This document shows positions 48,663 to 58,293 of a stretch of 64,000 nucleotides of DNA, in pieces. This DNA is from Trichocoleus desertorum ATA4-8-CV12 (GTDB taxonomy: Bacteria; Cyanobacteriota; Cyanobacteriia; FACHB-46). The notes under the pieces are model-generated. The model made no database searches. It was not told the origin of the DNA and saw only the letters and a program-made list of their open reading frames with translations. The first letter of the stretch is position 1; every line of letters begins with the position of its first letter. The stretch is taken from positions 1,473 through 65,472 of the forward strand of contig JAHHIL010000019.1 of NCBI GenBank assembly GCA_019358975.1, given 5' to 3'. Made by a program: the position numbers and the translations under genes.

Positions 48663-48908
48663 ATGAATCAGGAAGAAATTTTTGCTAAAGTTCAAAAAAT
48701 TGTTTCCGAGCAATTAGGGGTTGAAGCGAGTGAAGTTAAGCCAGCAGCTAGCTTTGCTAACGATCTCGGTGCTGACTCTCTCGACACTGTAGAACTCGTA
48801 ATGGCTTTAGAAGAAGAATTCGACATCGAAATTCCTGATGAAGCGGCAGAAGAAATTGCCACTGTGCAAAATGCCGTTGATTACATCAGCAACAAAGCAG
48901 CAGCTTAG
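48663..48908 (+). CDS. acpP: Acyl carrier protein
   Basis: The [26 protein letters not shown] motif includes the phosphopantetheine-attachment Ser. 81 aa. Confidence 0.95.
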   Translation: MNQEEIFAKVQKIVSEQLGVEASEVKPAASFANDLGADSLDTVELVMALEEEFDIEIPDEAAEEIATVQNAVDYISNKAAA

Positions 48909-49021
48909 ACTCTATCTAAACGATTGGCAACTGGACACCGTACCGAGTCTGGGGGTGGGAAGATGTCAACTCAAAACCTGTATTCTGCGTTCTGGGCTAG
49001 AAAGCCCTTGAATTTTACATC

Positions 49022-50275
49022 ATGACAAATTCTGACCGTAAGCGCGTTGTTGTAACGGGTCTCGGCGCGGTTACACCCATTGGCAACACCTTGTCAGAGT
49101 ATTGGGAAGGGTTGGTGAGTGGACGCAATGGAATTGGCCCAATCACTCTGTTTGATGCATCTCGGCACGACTGCCGAATTGCTGGAGAAGTTAAAGCATT
49201 TGATCCCTTCCAGTACCTAGACCGTAAGGATGCGAAGCGGATGGATCGGTTTGCTCAGTTTGCTGTGGCAGCGAGTAAACAAGCGATCGCTGATGCTCAA
49301 TTTGTCATCAACGACCTGAACGCAGAACAGGTGGGTGTGATCATCGGTTCCGGGGTCGGTGGCATTAAGGTTCTGGAAGACCAGCAGGAAGTTTATCTGA
49401 CCAAAGGCCCAGATCGCTGTAGCCCCTTCATGGTGCCAATGATGATTGCCAATATGGCAGCGGGTCTGACCGCAATTCATATTGGCGCAAAAGGTCCGAA
49501 CTCTTGCCCGGTGACTGCCTGTGCCTCTGGTTCCAATGGGATCGGGGATGCTTTCCGTTTGATTCAAGGCGGCTATGCCCAAGCCATGATCTGCGGTGGG
49601 GCAGAGGCTGCAATTACTCCCCTCTCGGTAGCAGGTTTCGCCTCCGCTCGGACGCTATCCACTCGGAATGATGACCCCGCTCATGCCAGCCGTCCTTTTG
49701 ATCGCGATCGCAACGGTTTTGTCATGGGTGAAGGGGCAGGCATTCTGTTGCTAGAGGAATTAGAGCATGCCCTCAGTCGGGGAGCACGCATCTACGCCGA
49801 GATGATTGGCTATGGCATGACCTGTGATGCCTACCACATGACTTCCCCTGTTCCCGGTGGCGAAGGTGCGGCACGAGCGATTCAACTAGCCATGAAAGAT
49901 GCTGGGATTACGCCAGAGCAGGTGAGTTACATCAATGCTCATGGCACTAGCACCCCAATGAACGACCCTAATGAGACAGCAGCAATTAAGACGGCTTTGG
50001 GTGAACATGCTTACAAAGTGGCAGTTAGCTCTACCAAGTCGATGACGGGACACTTACTGGGTGGTTCGGGTGGTATTGAAGGCGTGGCTACCGCTCTGGC
50101 TGTAGCTCACGACCAACTGCCGGCAACCATTAACTTAGAAAATCCCGATCCCGCTTGTGACCTAGACTATGTGCCAAATCACAGCCGATCCCATAAAGTT
50201 GATGTAGCTTTATCCAACTCCTTTGGGTTTGGTGGTCACAACGTTACGGTAGCATTTAGAAAGTACGTTGGCTGA
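49022..50275 (+). CDS. fabF: Beta-ketoacyl-ACP synthase II
   Basis: Active-site Cys (TACASGSNGIGDA), HGTSTP, and GHLLGGSGGIE. It follows acpP. Confidence 0.93.
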   Translation: MTNSDRKRVVVTGLGAVTPIGNTLSEYWEGLVSGRNGIGPITLFDASRHDCRIAGEVKAFDPFQYLDRKDAKRMDRFAQFAVAASKQAIADAQFVINDLNAEQVGVIIGSGVGGIKVLEDQQEVYLTKGPDRCSPFMVPMMIANMAAGLTAIHIGAKGPNSCPVTACASGSNGIGDAFRLIQGGYAQAMICGGAEAAITPLSVAGFASARTLSTRNDDPAHASRPFDRDRNGFVMGEGAGILLLEELEHALSRGARIYAEMIGYGMTCDAYHMTSPVPGGEGAARAIQLAMKDAGITPEQVSYINAHGTSTPMNDPNETAAIKTALGEHAYKVAVSSTKSMTGHLLGGSGGIEGVATALAVAHDQLPATINLENPDPACDLDYVPNHSRSHKVDVALSNSFGFGGHNVTVAFRKYVG

Positions 50276-50495
50276 GCTTGTAAAATTTAACCCAGTCTTT
50301 GGGATCGCAGGGAAACTCAGGTCTATCAGGGCTATAAATACCTGGGCTTCCCTGTTAGGAGTTATTACCTGTTCGTTGCTATTATCAGCTACCATAATTG
50401 GTAATTGATAGGTATATAAGCTTAGGGTGACCCGGAGCAACGTCACGATCGCTCACCCAGTCCAGTGCTAACCGTAGTTCAATACCAAGAGATTT

Positions 50496-52505
50496 ATGGC
50501 TGTCGCAATCCAACAATCACTCGACGAGCTTTGTATTAATTCCATCCGCTTTCTGGCGATTGACGCTGTAGAAAAGGCAAAATCTGGTCACCCAGGGTTG
50601 CCGATGGGCGCTGCTCCGATGGCATATGTGCTTTGGGATCGCTTTATGCGGTGCAATCCCAAAAATCCTTTCTGGTTCAATCGGGATCGCTTCGTGTTGT
50701 CGGCAGGTCACGGTTCCATGCTGCAATACGCCTTGCTCTACTTGGCTGGGTACGACAGCGTCACGATGGATGACATCAAGCAATTCCGCCAGTTGGACTC
50801 CAAGACGCCAGGTCACCCCGAAAACTTCATGACGCCTGGCGTTGAAGTCACCACGGGTCCTCTAGGTCAGGGGATTTGTAACGGTGTGGGCTTAGCAATG
50901 GCAGAAGCACACCTCGCAGGCAAGTTCAACAAGCCTGATGCCAAACTGGTTGACCACTACACCTACGTCATTCTGGGCGATGGCTGCAACATGGAAGGGG
51001 TGTCTGGGGAAGCTTGCTCTTTGGCAGGTCACTTGGGCCTCGGCAAGTTGATTGCCCTCTACGACGACAACCATATCTCGATCGACGGTTCTACGGACGT
51101 TTCCTTTACTGAAGATGTCTCGAAGCGCTTTGAGGCTTACGGTTGGCATGTTCTACACGTAGCAGATGGCAACCATGACCTCGATGGCATTGCTAAAGCG
51201 ATTGAAGCAGCGAAGCAAGTCACCGATAAGCCTTCCTTCATCAAAGTCACCACCACCATCGGTTATGGCTCTCCCAACAAAGCTAACACTGCTGGGGTTC
51301 ACGGGGCGGCACTGGGCGGCGATGAAATCAAGCTGACTCGCGAGAAGTTGGGTTGGAACTACGAACCCTTTGAAGTGCCTCAAGATGCGCTAAACCACTG
51401 GCGCAAAGCAGTTGAGCGGGGTGCTCAGCTAGAAGATGAGTGGAATCAAGTTTTGGCTCAATACAGAACCAAGTACGCTGGCGAAGCGGCAGAATTTGAG
51501 CGCTTTGTCAGCAACAAGCTGCCCGACGGTTGGGAGAAGTCTCTACCTGTCTATACCCCCGAAGACAAAGCGATCGCGACTCGCCAAACTTCTGAGAAGA
51601 CCCTGAATGCGATCGCCCCTGCTGTGCCTGAGTTGATCGGCGGTTCTGCTGACCTCACCCACTCCAACCTCACCTATATCAAGGTGTCTGGTGACTTCCA
51701 GAAAGGCGCTTACGAAAACCGTAACCTCCGCTTTGGGGTCCGTGAGCATGGCATGGGTGCAATCTGTAACGGGATTGCTCTGCACAACTCTGGTTTGATT
51801 CCTTACTGCGCCACCTTCTTGGTCTTCGCAGACTACATGCGGGCGGCAATCCGTCTCTCTGCTTTGTCTCAAGCGGGTGTCATCTATGTCATGACCCACG
51901 ACTCGATCGCCTTGGGTGAAGACGGTCCTACCCACCAACCCATTGAAACGATCGCATCTCTACGGGCGATTCCTAACTTGCTAGTCATGCGCCCAGCAGA
52001 TGGTAACGAAACCTCTGGCGCTTACAAAGTTGCGGTAGAAGAGCGCAAGCGTCCAACTCTGATGGCTTTGTCACGCCAAGCACTGCCCCAACTAAATGGT
52101 TCTTCAATTGAAGCCGTGGCTAAGGGTGCATACATCTTGTCTGACAGCGAAGGTACCCCTGACCTGATCTTGATGGCTACCGGTAGTGAAGTGCAACTTT
52201 GCGTCAAGGCGGCTGATCAACTCCGCGCAGAAGGCAAGAACGTCCGCGTGGTTTCTATGCCTTGCTGGGAACTGTTTGATGAGCAAGATGCAGCATATCG
52301 TGAGTCAGTGCTTCCCAAAGCCGTGACCAAGCGTTTGGCAGTAGAAGCAGCCTCCAGCTTTGGTTGGTGCCGCTACATCGGTACCGAAGGCGACATGATC
52401 AGCGTTGAGCGCTTTGGTGTGTCGGCTCCCGGTAACGTAGCACTGGAAAAGTTTGGTTACACCGTAGACAACGTAGTCACCAGAGCGAAAGCGCTGTTGG
52501 GTTAA
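50496..52505 (+). CDS. tkt: Transketolase
   Basis: [12 protein letters not shown], the GDGCNMEG ThDP motif, and [16 protein letters not shown]. 669 aa. Confidence 0.95.
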   Translation: MAVAIQQSLDELCINSIRFLAIDAVEKAKSGHPGLPMGAAPMAYVLWDRFMRCNPKNPFWFNRDRFVLSAGHGSMLQYALLYLAGYDSVTMDDIKQFRQLDSKTPGHPENFMTPGVEVTTGPLGQGICNGVGLAMAEAHLAGKFNKPDAKLVDHYTYVILGDGCNMEGVSGEACSLAGHLGLGKLIALYDDNHISIDGSTDVSFTEDVSKRFEAYGWHVLHVADGNHDLDGIAKAIEAAKQVTDKPSFIKVTTTIGYGSPNKANTAGVHGAALGGDEIKLTREKLGWNYEPFEVPQDALNHWRKAVERGAQLEDEWNQVLAQYRTKYAGEAAEFERFVSNKLPDGWEKSLPVYTPEDKAIATRQTSEKTLNAIAPAVPELIGGSADLTHSNLTYIKVSGDFQKGAYENRNLRFGVREHGMGAICNGIALHNSGLIPYCATFLVFADYMRAAIRLSALSQAGVIYVMTHDSIALGEDGPTHQPIETIASLRAIPNLLVMRPADGNETSGAYKVAVEERKRPTLMALSRQALPQLNGSSIEAVAKGAYILSDSEGTPDLILMATGSEVQLCVKAADQLRAEGKNVRVVSMPCWELFDEQDAAYRESVLPKAVTKRLAVEAASSFGWCRYIGTEGDMISVERFGVSAPGNVALEKFGYTVDNVVTRAKALLG

Positions 52506-52543
52506 CTACCTAAGCCATACGCTCCATAAACTGAACTTGTTGG

Positions 52544-52570
52544 CCCCTTAGAAATAAGGGGTCATTTTTC
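52544..52570 (+). terminator. Rho-independent terminator after tkt
   Basis: CCCCTTA-GAAA-TAAGGGG followed by TCATTTTTC. Confidence 0.65.
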
Positions 52571-52615
52571 TGTCAACTCCAAGAGATTATATGAAGCTGT
52601 AGTAGCGTGTTTAGC

Positions 52616-52867
52616 TCAATCTGCTTGAGCCGCTTTTGCTTCGTCTTCTAGCGCTTGGATGGCTAGTAGCAACTCTTCTTCTTGCACTTCAAAGTCTGCT
52701 TCAGACACGTCGCCCATATCAAACGCTAATTGCAGAGCCAGTAACCGCTTACTGAGATTCTCTTTATCGTCCCACTCAGCATTCACCCGTTCTTGAATTT
52801 GTGAACCTAGCCAGGTTATGCCTGCCAGGGGACCAGTAATGGGTGCTAATAGTAAGTCAAAAAACAT
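52616..52867 (-). CDS. gvpG: Gas vesicle protein GvpG
   Basis: LLLAPITGPLAGITWLGSQIQERV... followed by the acidic tail ...EADFEVQEEELLLAIQALEDE, typical of GvpG. 83 aa. Confidence 0.8.
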   Translation of the reverse strand: MFFDLLLAPITGPLAGITWLGSQIQERVNAEWDDKENLSKRLLALQLAFDMGDVSEADFEVQEEELLLAIQALEDEAKAAQAD

Positions 52868-52878
52868 AGCAAGTTAGC

Positions 52879-53622
52879 CTAATTTGATGAGTCAAGTTGA
52901 GCGAAGTTGTAGGGAGCGGTGAAGTTGTTGTAGCGAATCCGCAAACGGCCCTCAAATTGCAAATCCAAGGCTTCTACTTTTTCACTAAATGTGGGCTCGT
53001 CATCCCAAGCGATCAGATAAGCCGCGTTGTAGATCATGGCTTCTGTCAGCGGATCATTTTCTGATGTGGTGTTTGCGAGAGGATCTAAGGTGGCTCGAAA
53101 TACTTGAATGATGCTTTGCTTGCGAGCTTCTACTGCTTGTTCGATCGCCTGACCAATCCGAATTACCTCATCCATGCTGAGAGATTTACCCTCTAAGCGA
53201 TCGCGCTCGGTGCGTAGCTGCTCATCTTGAGCTAACAGGGCTTGTACCTCAGCCTCAGCGTCCCAAAATATTTTTACGCCAACTTCTCTTCTGCCATCTA
53301 GTTTATGAAAGAGCTGTTCTAATTTGGGTCCCTGAGTTGCAGTGAGTTGTTCTGTGACGGTGCGCCAATCCTCCACAATTAGACCAAACTGTAGGGGTAA
53401 CAGGGTTCGGTGGCCTGCATGCATGGCTTGTTCTAGCACCTTCTCATGGTCTAGCAAGTTGCGACGACTGGCTAAATAACGTTCTTGCTGGGCTTCAGAA
53501 TAGAGAAATGTAAACCCATCTAGAACATGGGTATGAACAGGTTGTTTATCTAAACCCTGAGTTTCTAGATGTTGGGGGCCAGGGGTAGGGAAGATGCCAT
53601 ACAAATACAATCCGGTTCCCAT
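52879..53622 (-). CDS. gvpF: Gas vesicle protein GvpF (GvpF/GvpL family)
   Basis: LYLYGIFP..., LLPLQFGLIV and REVGVKIFWD motifs. Start set to ATG 53622. Confidence 0.85.
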   Translation of the reverse strand: MGTGLYLYGIFPTPGPQHLETQGLDKQPVHTHVLDGFTFLYSEAQQERYLASRRNLLDHEKVLEQAMHAGHRTLLPLQFGLIVEDWRTVTEQLTATQGPKLEQLFHKLDGRREVGVKIFWDAEAEVQALLAQDEQLRTERDRLEGKSLSMDEVIRIGQAIEQAVEARKQSIIQVFRATLDPLANTTSENDPLTEAMIYNAAYLIAWDDEPTFSEKVEALDLQFEGRLRIRYNNFTAPYNFAQLDSSN

Positions 53623-53752
53623 CGACTTTTCTTTTCCTACTGCAATGTTTGAGTACTGAGTGAAATTAATTGCGTTTTTTATATAGCAATCCTTTTTGAT
53701 TCTTGAACGGGTGTGGGGGCTGCGCCCCTTGTTCACAAACCAGTTGCGATCG

Positions 53753-54214
53753 CTATAGGGGTTGCGAAGTCAAAACTAGCTTCAGTTTTGCTTGGATTAA
53801 ATTGAGTTGAGCTAGTCCCAAATCCACGCTGCCTTCGACTACTACACCCGTATTTAACAGGCGATCCAATAACTCCAAAATGGAGGGATTCGTGGAAGTT
53901 TCACCGGGGTAGTAACCTCCAGCTTTAGGCAGCAGATTGCCAATTTCTCCTAAGTCAATATTTAAGTCTGCGGGATCGACTTCAAAGATTTCGCAGAGAT
54001 GCACGACTTGTTCTTCTAACTTACGGAGGCTAGTAGCAGCTCGGTCTAAATCTTCGTCACTTAAGCGTCCTGCTTCCATCCGCCGAATCACCTGCGCTTC
54101 CATCAGTTGTCGCACTAACTCAACCACAGTCAGCAGTAATGGTGCTAAACCAGAATCTTTACTCGATCGCTGAGGTTCTAGTAATACGGGGGGTGGGGGG
54201 TCTGATAATGGCAT
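53753..54214 (-). CDS. gvpK: Gas vesicle protein GvpK
   Basis: GLAPLLLTVVELVRQLMEAQVIRRMEAGRLSDEDLDRAATSL is the conserved GvpK core. Confidence 0.85.
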   Translation of the reverse strand: MPLSDPPPPVLLEPQRSSKDSGLAPLLLTVVELVRQLMEAQVIRRMEAGRLSDEDLDRAATSLRKLEEQVVHLCEIFEVDPADLNIDLGEIGNLLPKAGGYYPGETSTNPSILELLDRLLNTGVVVEGSVDLGLAQLNLIQAKLKLVLTSQPL

Positions 54215-54294
54215 GGCTTGACCCTAGGGCTACGAGTTCAGTATGCCCAGCGCGATCGCCATCCTCCCATTTCACCGTTATCCATAAAACCCTT

Positions 54295-54323
54295 GCCCAC
54301 AAAAAAGTGGGCATAAAGCCCAC
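54295..54323 (-). terminator. Hairpin plus U-tract between gvpJ and gvpK (possible attenuator with an alternative pairing)
   Basis: The minus strand reads GTGGGC-TTTAT-GCCCAC-TTTTTT-GTGGGC. The central GCCCAC can pair with either flanking GTGGGC. Confidence 0.45.
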
Positions 54324-54363
54324 TCGGAGAGGGAGAGTCTATGGCAAAGCGAAAGCTATATTT

Positions 54364-54735
54364 CTAAGCAGGAGCTGTGGGTAAGGAGGCGGGAGCGGTG
54401 CGTAAGGCTCGCAATTCTGTTTCTAGACCCTCAATCCGCTGGAGGAGCTGTTGATTGGCCTCCATCAAGCTGTGGGTTTGGCTACTGAGATGAGGATCAC
54501 TTTCCCACCAGTTGATGCCAATTTCCTTCGCCTTATCTACCGAGGAAATCAGCAAGCGAATCCGAATGCTCAGCAGTTCGGTGGAGCCAACTGAGACGGA
54601 GATATCTCCCGCGATCACAATGCCTTTATCTAAAACTCGTTCTAGAACATCGGCTAAGGTTGAGCCTTGAGTAGCGGTGGCGATCGCACCACGGTTAGAA
54701 CTGCTAGGGGCGGGCATTTGGGGGAAAGTAGTCAC
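54364..54735 (-). CDS. gvpJ: Gas vesicle protein GvpJ (GvpA/J/M family)
   Basis: TLADVLERVLDKGIVIAGDISVSVGSTELLSIRIRLLISSVDKAKEIGINWW is the GvpA-family core, here with N- and C-terminal extensions. Confidence 0.88.
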   Translation of the reverse strand: MTTFPQMPAPSSSNRGAIATATQGSTLADVLERVLDKGIVIAGDISVSVGSTELLSIRIRLLISSVDKAKEIGINWWESDPHLSSQTHSLMEANQQLLQRIEGLETELRALRTAPASLPTAPA

Positions 54736-54747
54736 AGTGGGGCATCC

Positions 54748-56031
54748 TTAGGAAGTGACGTAGAGGCGATTGTGGCGTTGAGCTAGGATTCCCTTTTGAG
54801 CTAGGGAACGTAACGCATTCACTGCCTGAAATCGATTCATGCTTAAAGCTGCTTCAATTTCTGAGACTCGTGCTCCCTCAGCCTGACGCAGATAGGTATA
54901 TACTTCTGCCTCATCTAGCCCTAGTTGGTCTTGGTCGTTAATTTCGGTTGCGGCAATTTCGGCGATCGCTGTGGCAACAGGCTCAGCCGCCGCTTGAGGT
55001 TCAGCCACCTTCTCCACAATCTTTTCGGCGACCTTAATAGTGGCTGGCTCGGCTACAACTGAGGTGGTTGTGATAGTCACGGTGCGATCGGCATACTCTG
55101 CTCGGGGTGGTGCAGTTGTAGGTGTGGGTGCGATCGCCTTAGGTTCGCGGCAAACGAGTTCGTTTAGGAGTTCCCAAAGCAGGGTAGTAGATTCCTGGAG
55201 GGGCAAGCTAGTGCGGGAGAGCAACACATCCATGCAAATATCGCGAAAGTCAGCATCTTCCGCCATGACAGGAATATTATGCTCTTGGCAAACTTTGGCG
55301 ATCGTGATGCCAGAGCGTAAACCAGAAGATTTCTCAGCCCCTGATTTGAGCCGAAAGGCTTTGACTAACTGAGTGATTAAAATGGCACTTTCGCGCTCGA
55401 TCTCGGTTTTCTGCACCAAAATCTCTTGCTGAGTCAGCTCATCTGGCTCTGGCATGTTGATCGTGACCAGACGATCCATCAAGGCATCTTGGGTGGAATG
55501 CACCCCACAGTATTCTTCTGGATTGGAGGTGAAGATGGCCCGGAACTGAGGATTGACTCGCACATATTCGGGACGATTGCCGCTGGGTGGCAAAGCCAAA
55601 ATCTTTTCTTCTAAGGCGGAAAGTAAAACGTTGTTGACTTCGGGACGAGAGCGGTTGAACTCGTCGTAGACCAAGGTGAAGCCTTCGCGGCAAGCCAAAG
55701 TGAGGCGGGAATCTACCCAGTTTTGCTTGAGTTCATCCTCGACTTTAACCACGCTGTGAATGAAGTTATCTACTACTTTTTTGCGGGTATAACCCAATTG
55801 GTTACCAATTAGGTCTGAAGTTTTGAACTCATCATCCCCAAATACCAACATAATGGGCCGAGTCAAAAGATCAGCCAAGTGTAAAGCGAGGGTGGTTTTA
55901 CCTGTGCCAGCAGGGCCGCGCAGATGTACTGAGAAACCAGATTGTAGGTAGCGCAAAGCTCTAGCAGCCACACGCTCAACGGAGGGAGTGCTGACAAATC
56001 GACGGGGGCGGGCTTGTAGAACGGTACTCAC
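54748..56031 (-). CDS. gvpN: Gas vesicle AAA+ ATPase GvpN with an unusual linker and C-terminal winged-helix-like extension
   Basis: Walker [16 protein letters not shown] and Walker [10 protein letters not shown] (CbbQ/NirQ/GvpN-type AAA). A Pro/Ala/Thr/Glu linker follows, then the tail [55 protein letters not shown] start, sharing a GTGA overlap with gvpC. Confidence 0.88.
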   Translation of the reverse strand: MSTVLQARPRRFVSTPSVERVAARALRYLQSGFSVHLRGPAGTGKTTLALHLADLLTRPIMLVFGDDEFKTSDLIGNQLGYTRKKVVDNFIHSVVKVEDELKQNWVDSRLTLACREGFTLVYDEFNRSRPEVNNVLLSALEEKILALPPSGNRPEYVRVNPQFRAIFTSNPEEYCGVHSTQDALMDRLVTINMPEPDELTQQEILVQKTEIERESAILITQLVKAFRLKSGAEKSSGLRSGITIAKVCQEHNIPVMAEDADFRDICMDVLLSRTSLPLQESTTLLWELLNELVCREPKAIAPTPTTAPPRAEYADRTVTITTTSVVAEPATIKVAEKIVEKVAEPQAAAEPVATAIAEIAATEINDQDQLGLDEAEVYTYLRQAEGARVSEIEAALSMNRFQAVNALRSLAQKGILAQRHNRLYVTS

Positions 56032-57149
56032 AGGTTAAATTCCTCTTGAGTGTAATAGACGCGATCGCGCTGCGTAATTAAACCTTTGGTGATTAAGGAG
56101 CGGAGCACATCAACGGCTTGAATGCGATTGATTGCTAAAGCGGTTTCCAGCTCTACCAGACGGGCTCCTTGGACTTGGTGTAGATAGTTGTAAACTTCTT
56201 TTTCGATTTCCACTGCCGCAGGTTGAATAGCGGAAATTGGAGCGCTAGTAGGCTCTGGATTTGACCTCTCCTCCATCCCCGTTCCCACGGGAGAGGGGTG
56301 CCGCAGGTGGGGCGAGGTTTGGTTGGAATAGATTGAATTTGATTGATGATTTACATCTAGATCTACGCCCCAAACAGAAGCTCGCAGATTGGTGCAATAC
56401 TGCTGTAGCTCAGCGCGGAACGTGGCGAAGCGTTGGAATAGAGCTACGACATTGGCTTGGCGATCGCTTCTACTTTGGCTGAGCGTTTGTTGCAGTTGTT
56501 GGGCTCGATCTTCTCGTAGTAGCTCTAACTCCCACAAATAGCTCTGCACATCAGCACTGAGTTTCTCGACAAAGGTAGTGAGTTCTTTTGCTTGCTGGGT
56601 TCGCATTAGAACCCGTTCATGCTGATTAGTCGATAAAAGCGCTTGAGTTTCTTGTTGAAGCGTAGAAACTTGCGTTTGGATCTCTTGGCGCAGCAGGGTG
56701 ACGCTGATATTTAGTTCGGAGTGGAATTGGCGTAGTTCTTGGGCTAACTGCTCAGCCATCAGCGATCGCTCAATTGCGGTCAGTGATAGGAACTCAGCCG
56801 TCTGCTGTTGGAGCTGCTGTACGAAAGTATCTAGTTGCTCAGCTAGCTCCTCGGCTTGGAGTTGACGCTCTAAGCGACTATAGGCTAAAAAATTCTGGGT
56901 TTCTTGTTGCAACACCTGGACTGATTGTTGCAATTGCAGGCGGAACAAATGTTGATTGGCTTGCCAAAGCTCGCTCTCCTCAGCCAAATCAGCGCGGAAT
57001 GTAGCGAGGTTGTGGTGCAGCTGATCTGCTTTTACTTGGCGTTGCTGCCGCGTTACCGCTAAAGCCGCTTGGACTTGTTGCTGGCGCTGAGCTAGTTGCT
57101 GCTGACGCTGCCGCCGCTGTTCTTGCCATAAATGTCTCAGAGCAACCAT
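56028..57149 (-). CDS. gvpC: GvpC-like gas vesicle outer-surface protein with a C-terminal winged-helix-like extension
   Basis: It sits directly downstream of gvpA. Two clean 33-aa repeats are [33 protein letters not shown] and [33 protein letters not shown], with more degenerate units around them. The repeat region ends in LRASVWG, compared with DLFVSIFG at the end of Anabaena GvpC as I recall it. Confidence 0.75.
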   Translation of the reverse strand: MVALRHLWQEQRRQRQQQLAQRQQQVQAALAVTRQQRQVKADQLHHNLATFRADLAEESELWQANQHLFRLQLQQSVQVLQQETQNFLAYSRLERQLQAEELAEQLDTFVQQLQQQTAEFLSLTAIERSLMAEQLAQELRQFHSELNISVTLLRQEIQTQVSTLQQETQALLSTNQHERVLMRTQQAKELTTFVEKLSADVQSYLWELELLREDRAQQLQQTLSQSRSDRQANVVALFQRFATFRAELQQYCTNLRASVWGVDLDVNHQSNSIYSNQTSPHLRHPSPVGTGMEERSNPEPTSAPISAIQPAAVEIEKEVYNYLHQVQGARLVELETALAINRIQAVDVLRSLITKGLITQRDRVYYTQEEFNL

Positions 57150-57199
57150 CGCGAGTTTCCTTCTACAAGCCGAGAGATCAACTGAAGTACAAAGTGGGT

Positions 57200-57233
57200 G
57201 AAATCAAAGAATGGGGAGTCAGCAAGACCCCCC
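57200..57233 (-). terminator. Imperfect hairpin and T-rich tail between gvpA and gvpC (possible partial terminator)
   Basis: The minus strand reads GGGGGGTC-TTGCT-GACTCCCC (one mismatch), followed by ATTCTTTGATTT. Confidence 0.35.
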
Positions 57234-57243
57234 AAGCTAGCTA

Positions 57244-57462
57244 CTAAGAAGCAGGAACAGCAGCCTGAGTGGTCAAACCCACTGCTTCGGCGTACTTTAG
57301 GTAGGTTTCAACCGAAGCAATGACTACCCGTGCTTCGATTGCCAATAGTTCAATTCCTACGAGAGAAACGCGAACCCAAGCATCAATTACAATGCCTTTG
57401 TCGAGGATGCGGTCAATTACTTCAGCCAAGCTAGAGGAGGAGTTTACTTTTTCAACAGCCAT
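57244..57462 (-). CDS. gvpA: Major gas vesicle structural protein GvpA
   Basis: [63 protein letters not shown] is a near-canonical cyanobacterial GvpA. 72 aa. Confidence 0.97.
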   Translation of the reverse strand: MAVEKVNSSSSLAEVIDRILDKGIVIDAWVRVSLVGIELLAIEARVVIASVETYLKYAEAVGLTTQAAVPAS

Positions 57463-57985
57463 GATGATTTCCTAGGTGTATTAATTGATAATTTTCTGGG
57501 GCCTGAAACACCACAGCCTTCTCATAGCAAGGGTTTGGTGAGGCTGTGGGTACAAGGCTAGAATAAGTATTTAAGGTATTAAAAAGGCCAGCATAAACAC
57601 GGAAAATCTGCCTCAGCAATTTTTGCTGTTGAGAGAACTACGGAGGACAGTACGTGAAGCCTAGAAAAGTTTTTGCAATGGGTTGATTCAGCGCCGCGAT
57701 CGCTCTCTTGCAGGCAAATCAATCCATTTCAGTCTTTTAAGCCAGGTGATTTAACTCCACGAATACGTATTGATCCCTAGAGGAAAATATGAAGTTTGTC
57801 GTGTTTTTATTCATAGAAGTTGATAGTCAGTAGCAAATTACCGGAAAAGTCTTCACTTCTTCGGCGATCGATAAACAATTTCGTATTGAGTTTTTGAATT
57901 AACGATTAGCGATCGTTCTACATCAAAAATAGGCAGCTTCTTATCACTAAAATGCTGCCTGACATAACCCAGTTTCTGAGTAGCG

Positions 57986-58249
57986 TTATGCTTTCACTCG
58001 CTGCTCAAAATCTTCGCGAGTTTTTTCCAGCAGCGTCAAAGCTTCTTGATACACCTCTGGATGCTCTTGCTTTAACCACGCTAACAGCCGCGCCACTTGA
58101 ATATTTTTTAGTTCCAAATCAGCTTGAAAAATGGCTGCTGTTGCCATGTGAGGTGCATATTCTGTTGGATGTCCCTGCATGATAAACGTAGCGGTTAGCA
58201 GCCTCAATGCCTGTCGCCGTACTGGATCGTCTGTTTGTCCTGAAAGCAT
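57986..58249 (-). CDS. Small hypothetical protein between the AAA+ ATPase gene and gvpA
   Basis: 87-aa ORF on the same strand as the gvp genes, 45 nt downstream of the AAA+ gene. Its composition looks helical. No family is recognised. Confidence 0.4.
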   Translation of the reverse strand: MLSGQTDDPVRRQALRLLTATFIMQGHPTEYAPHMATAAIFQADLELKNIQVARLLAWLKQEHPEVYQEALTLLEKTREDFEQRVKA

Positions 58250-58250
58250 A

Positions 58251-58293
58251 AGGGGAAAGGATGAAGGAGGAGAGATGAGGGATGAAGGAGGAG
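58251..58293. repeat. GGATGAAGGAGG-type short repeats
   Basis: aggggaaaggatgaaggaggagagatgagggatgaaggaggag belongs to the same motif family as 14048-14218 and 33252-33356. Confidence 0.65.
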
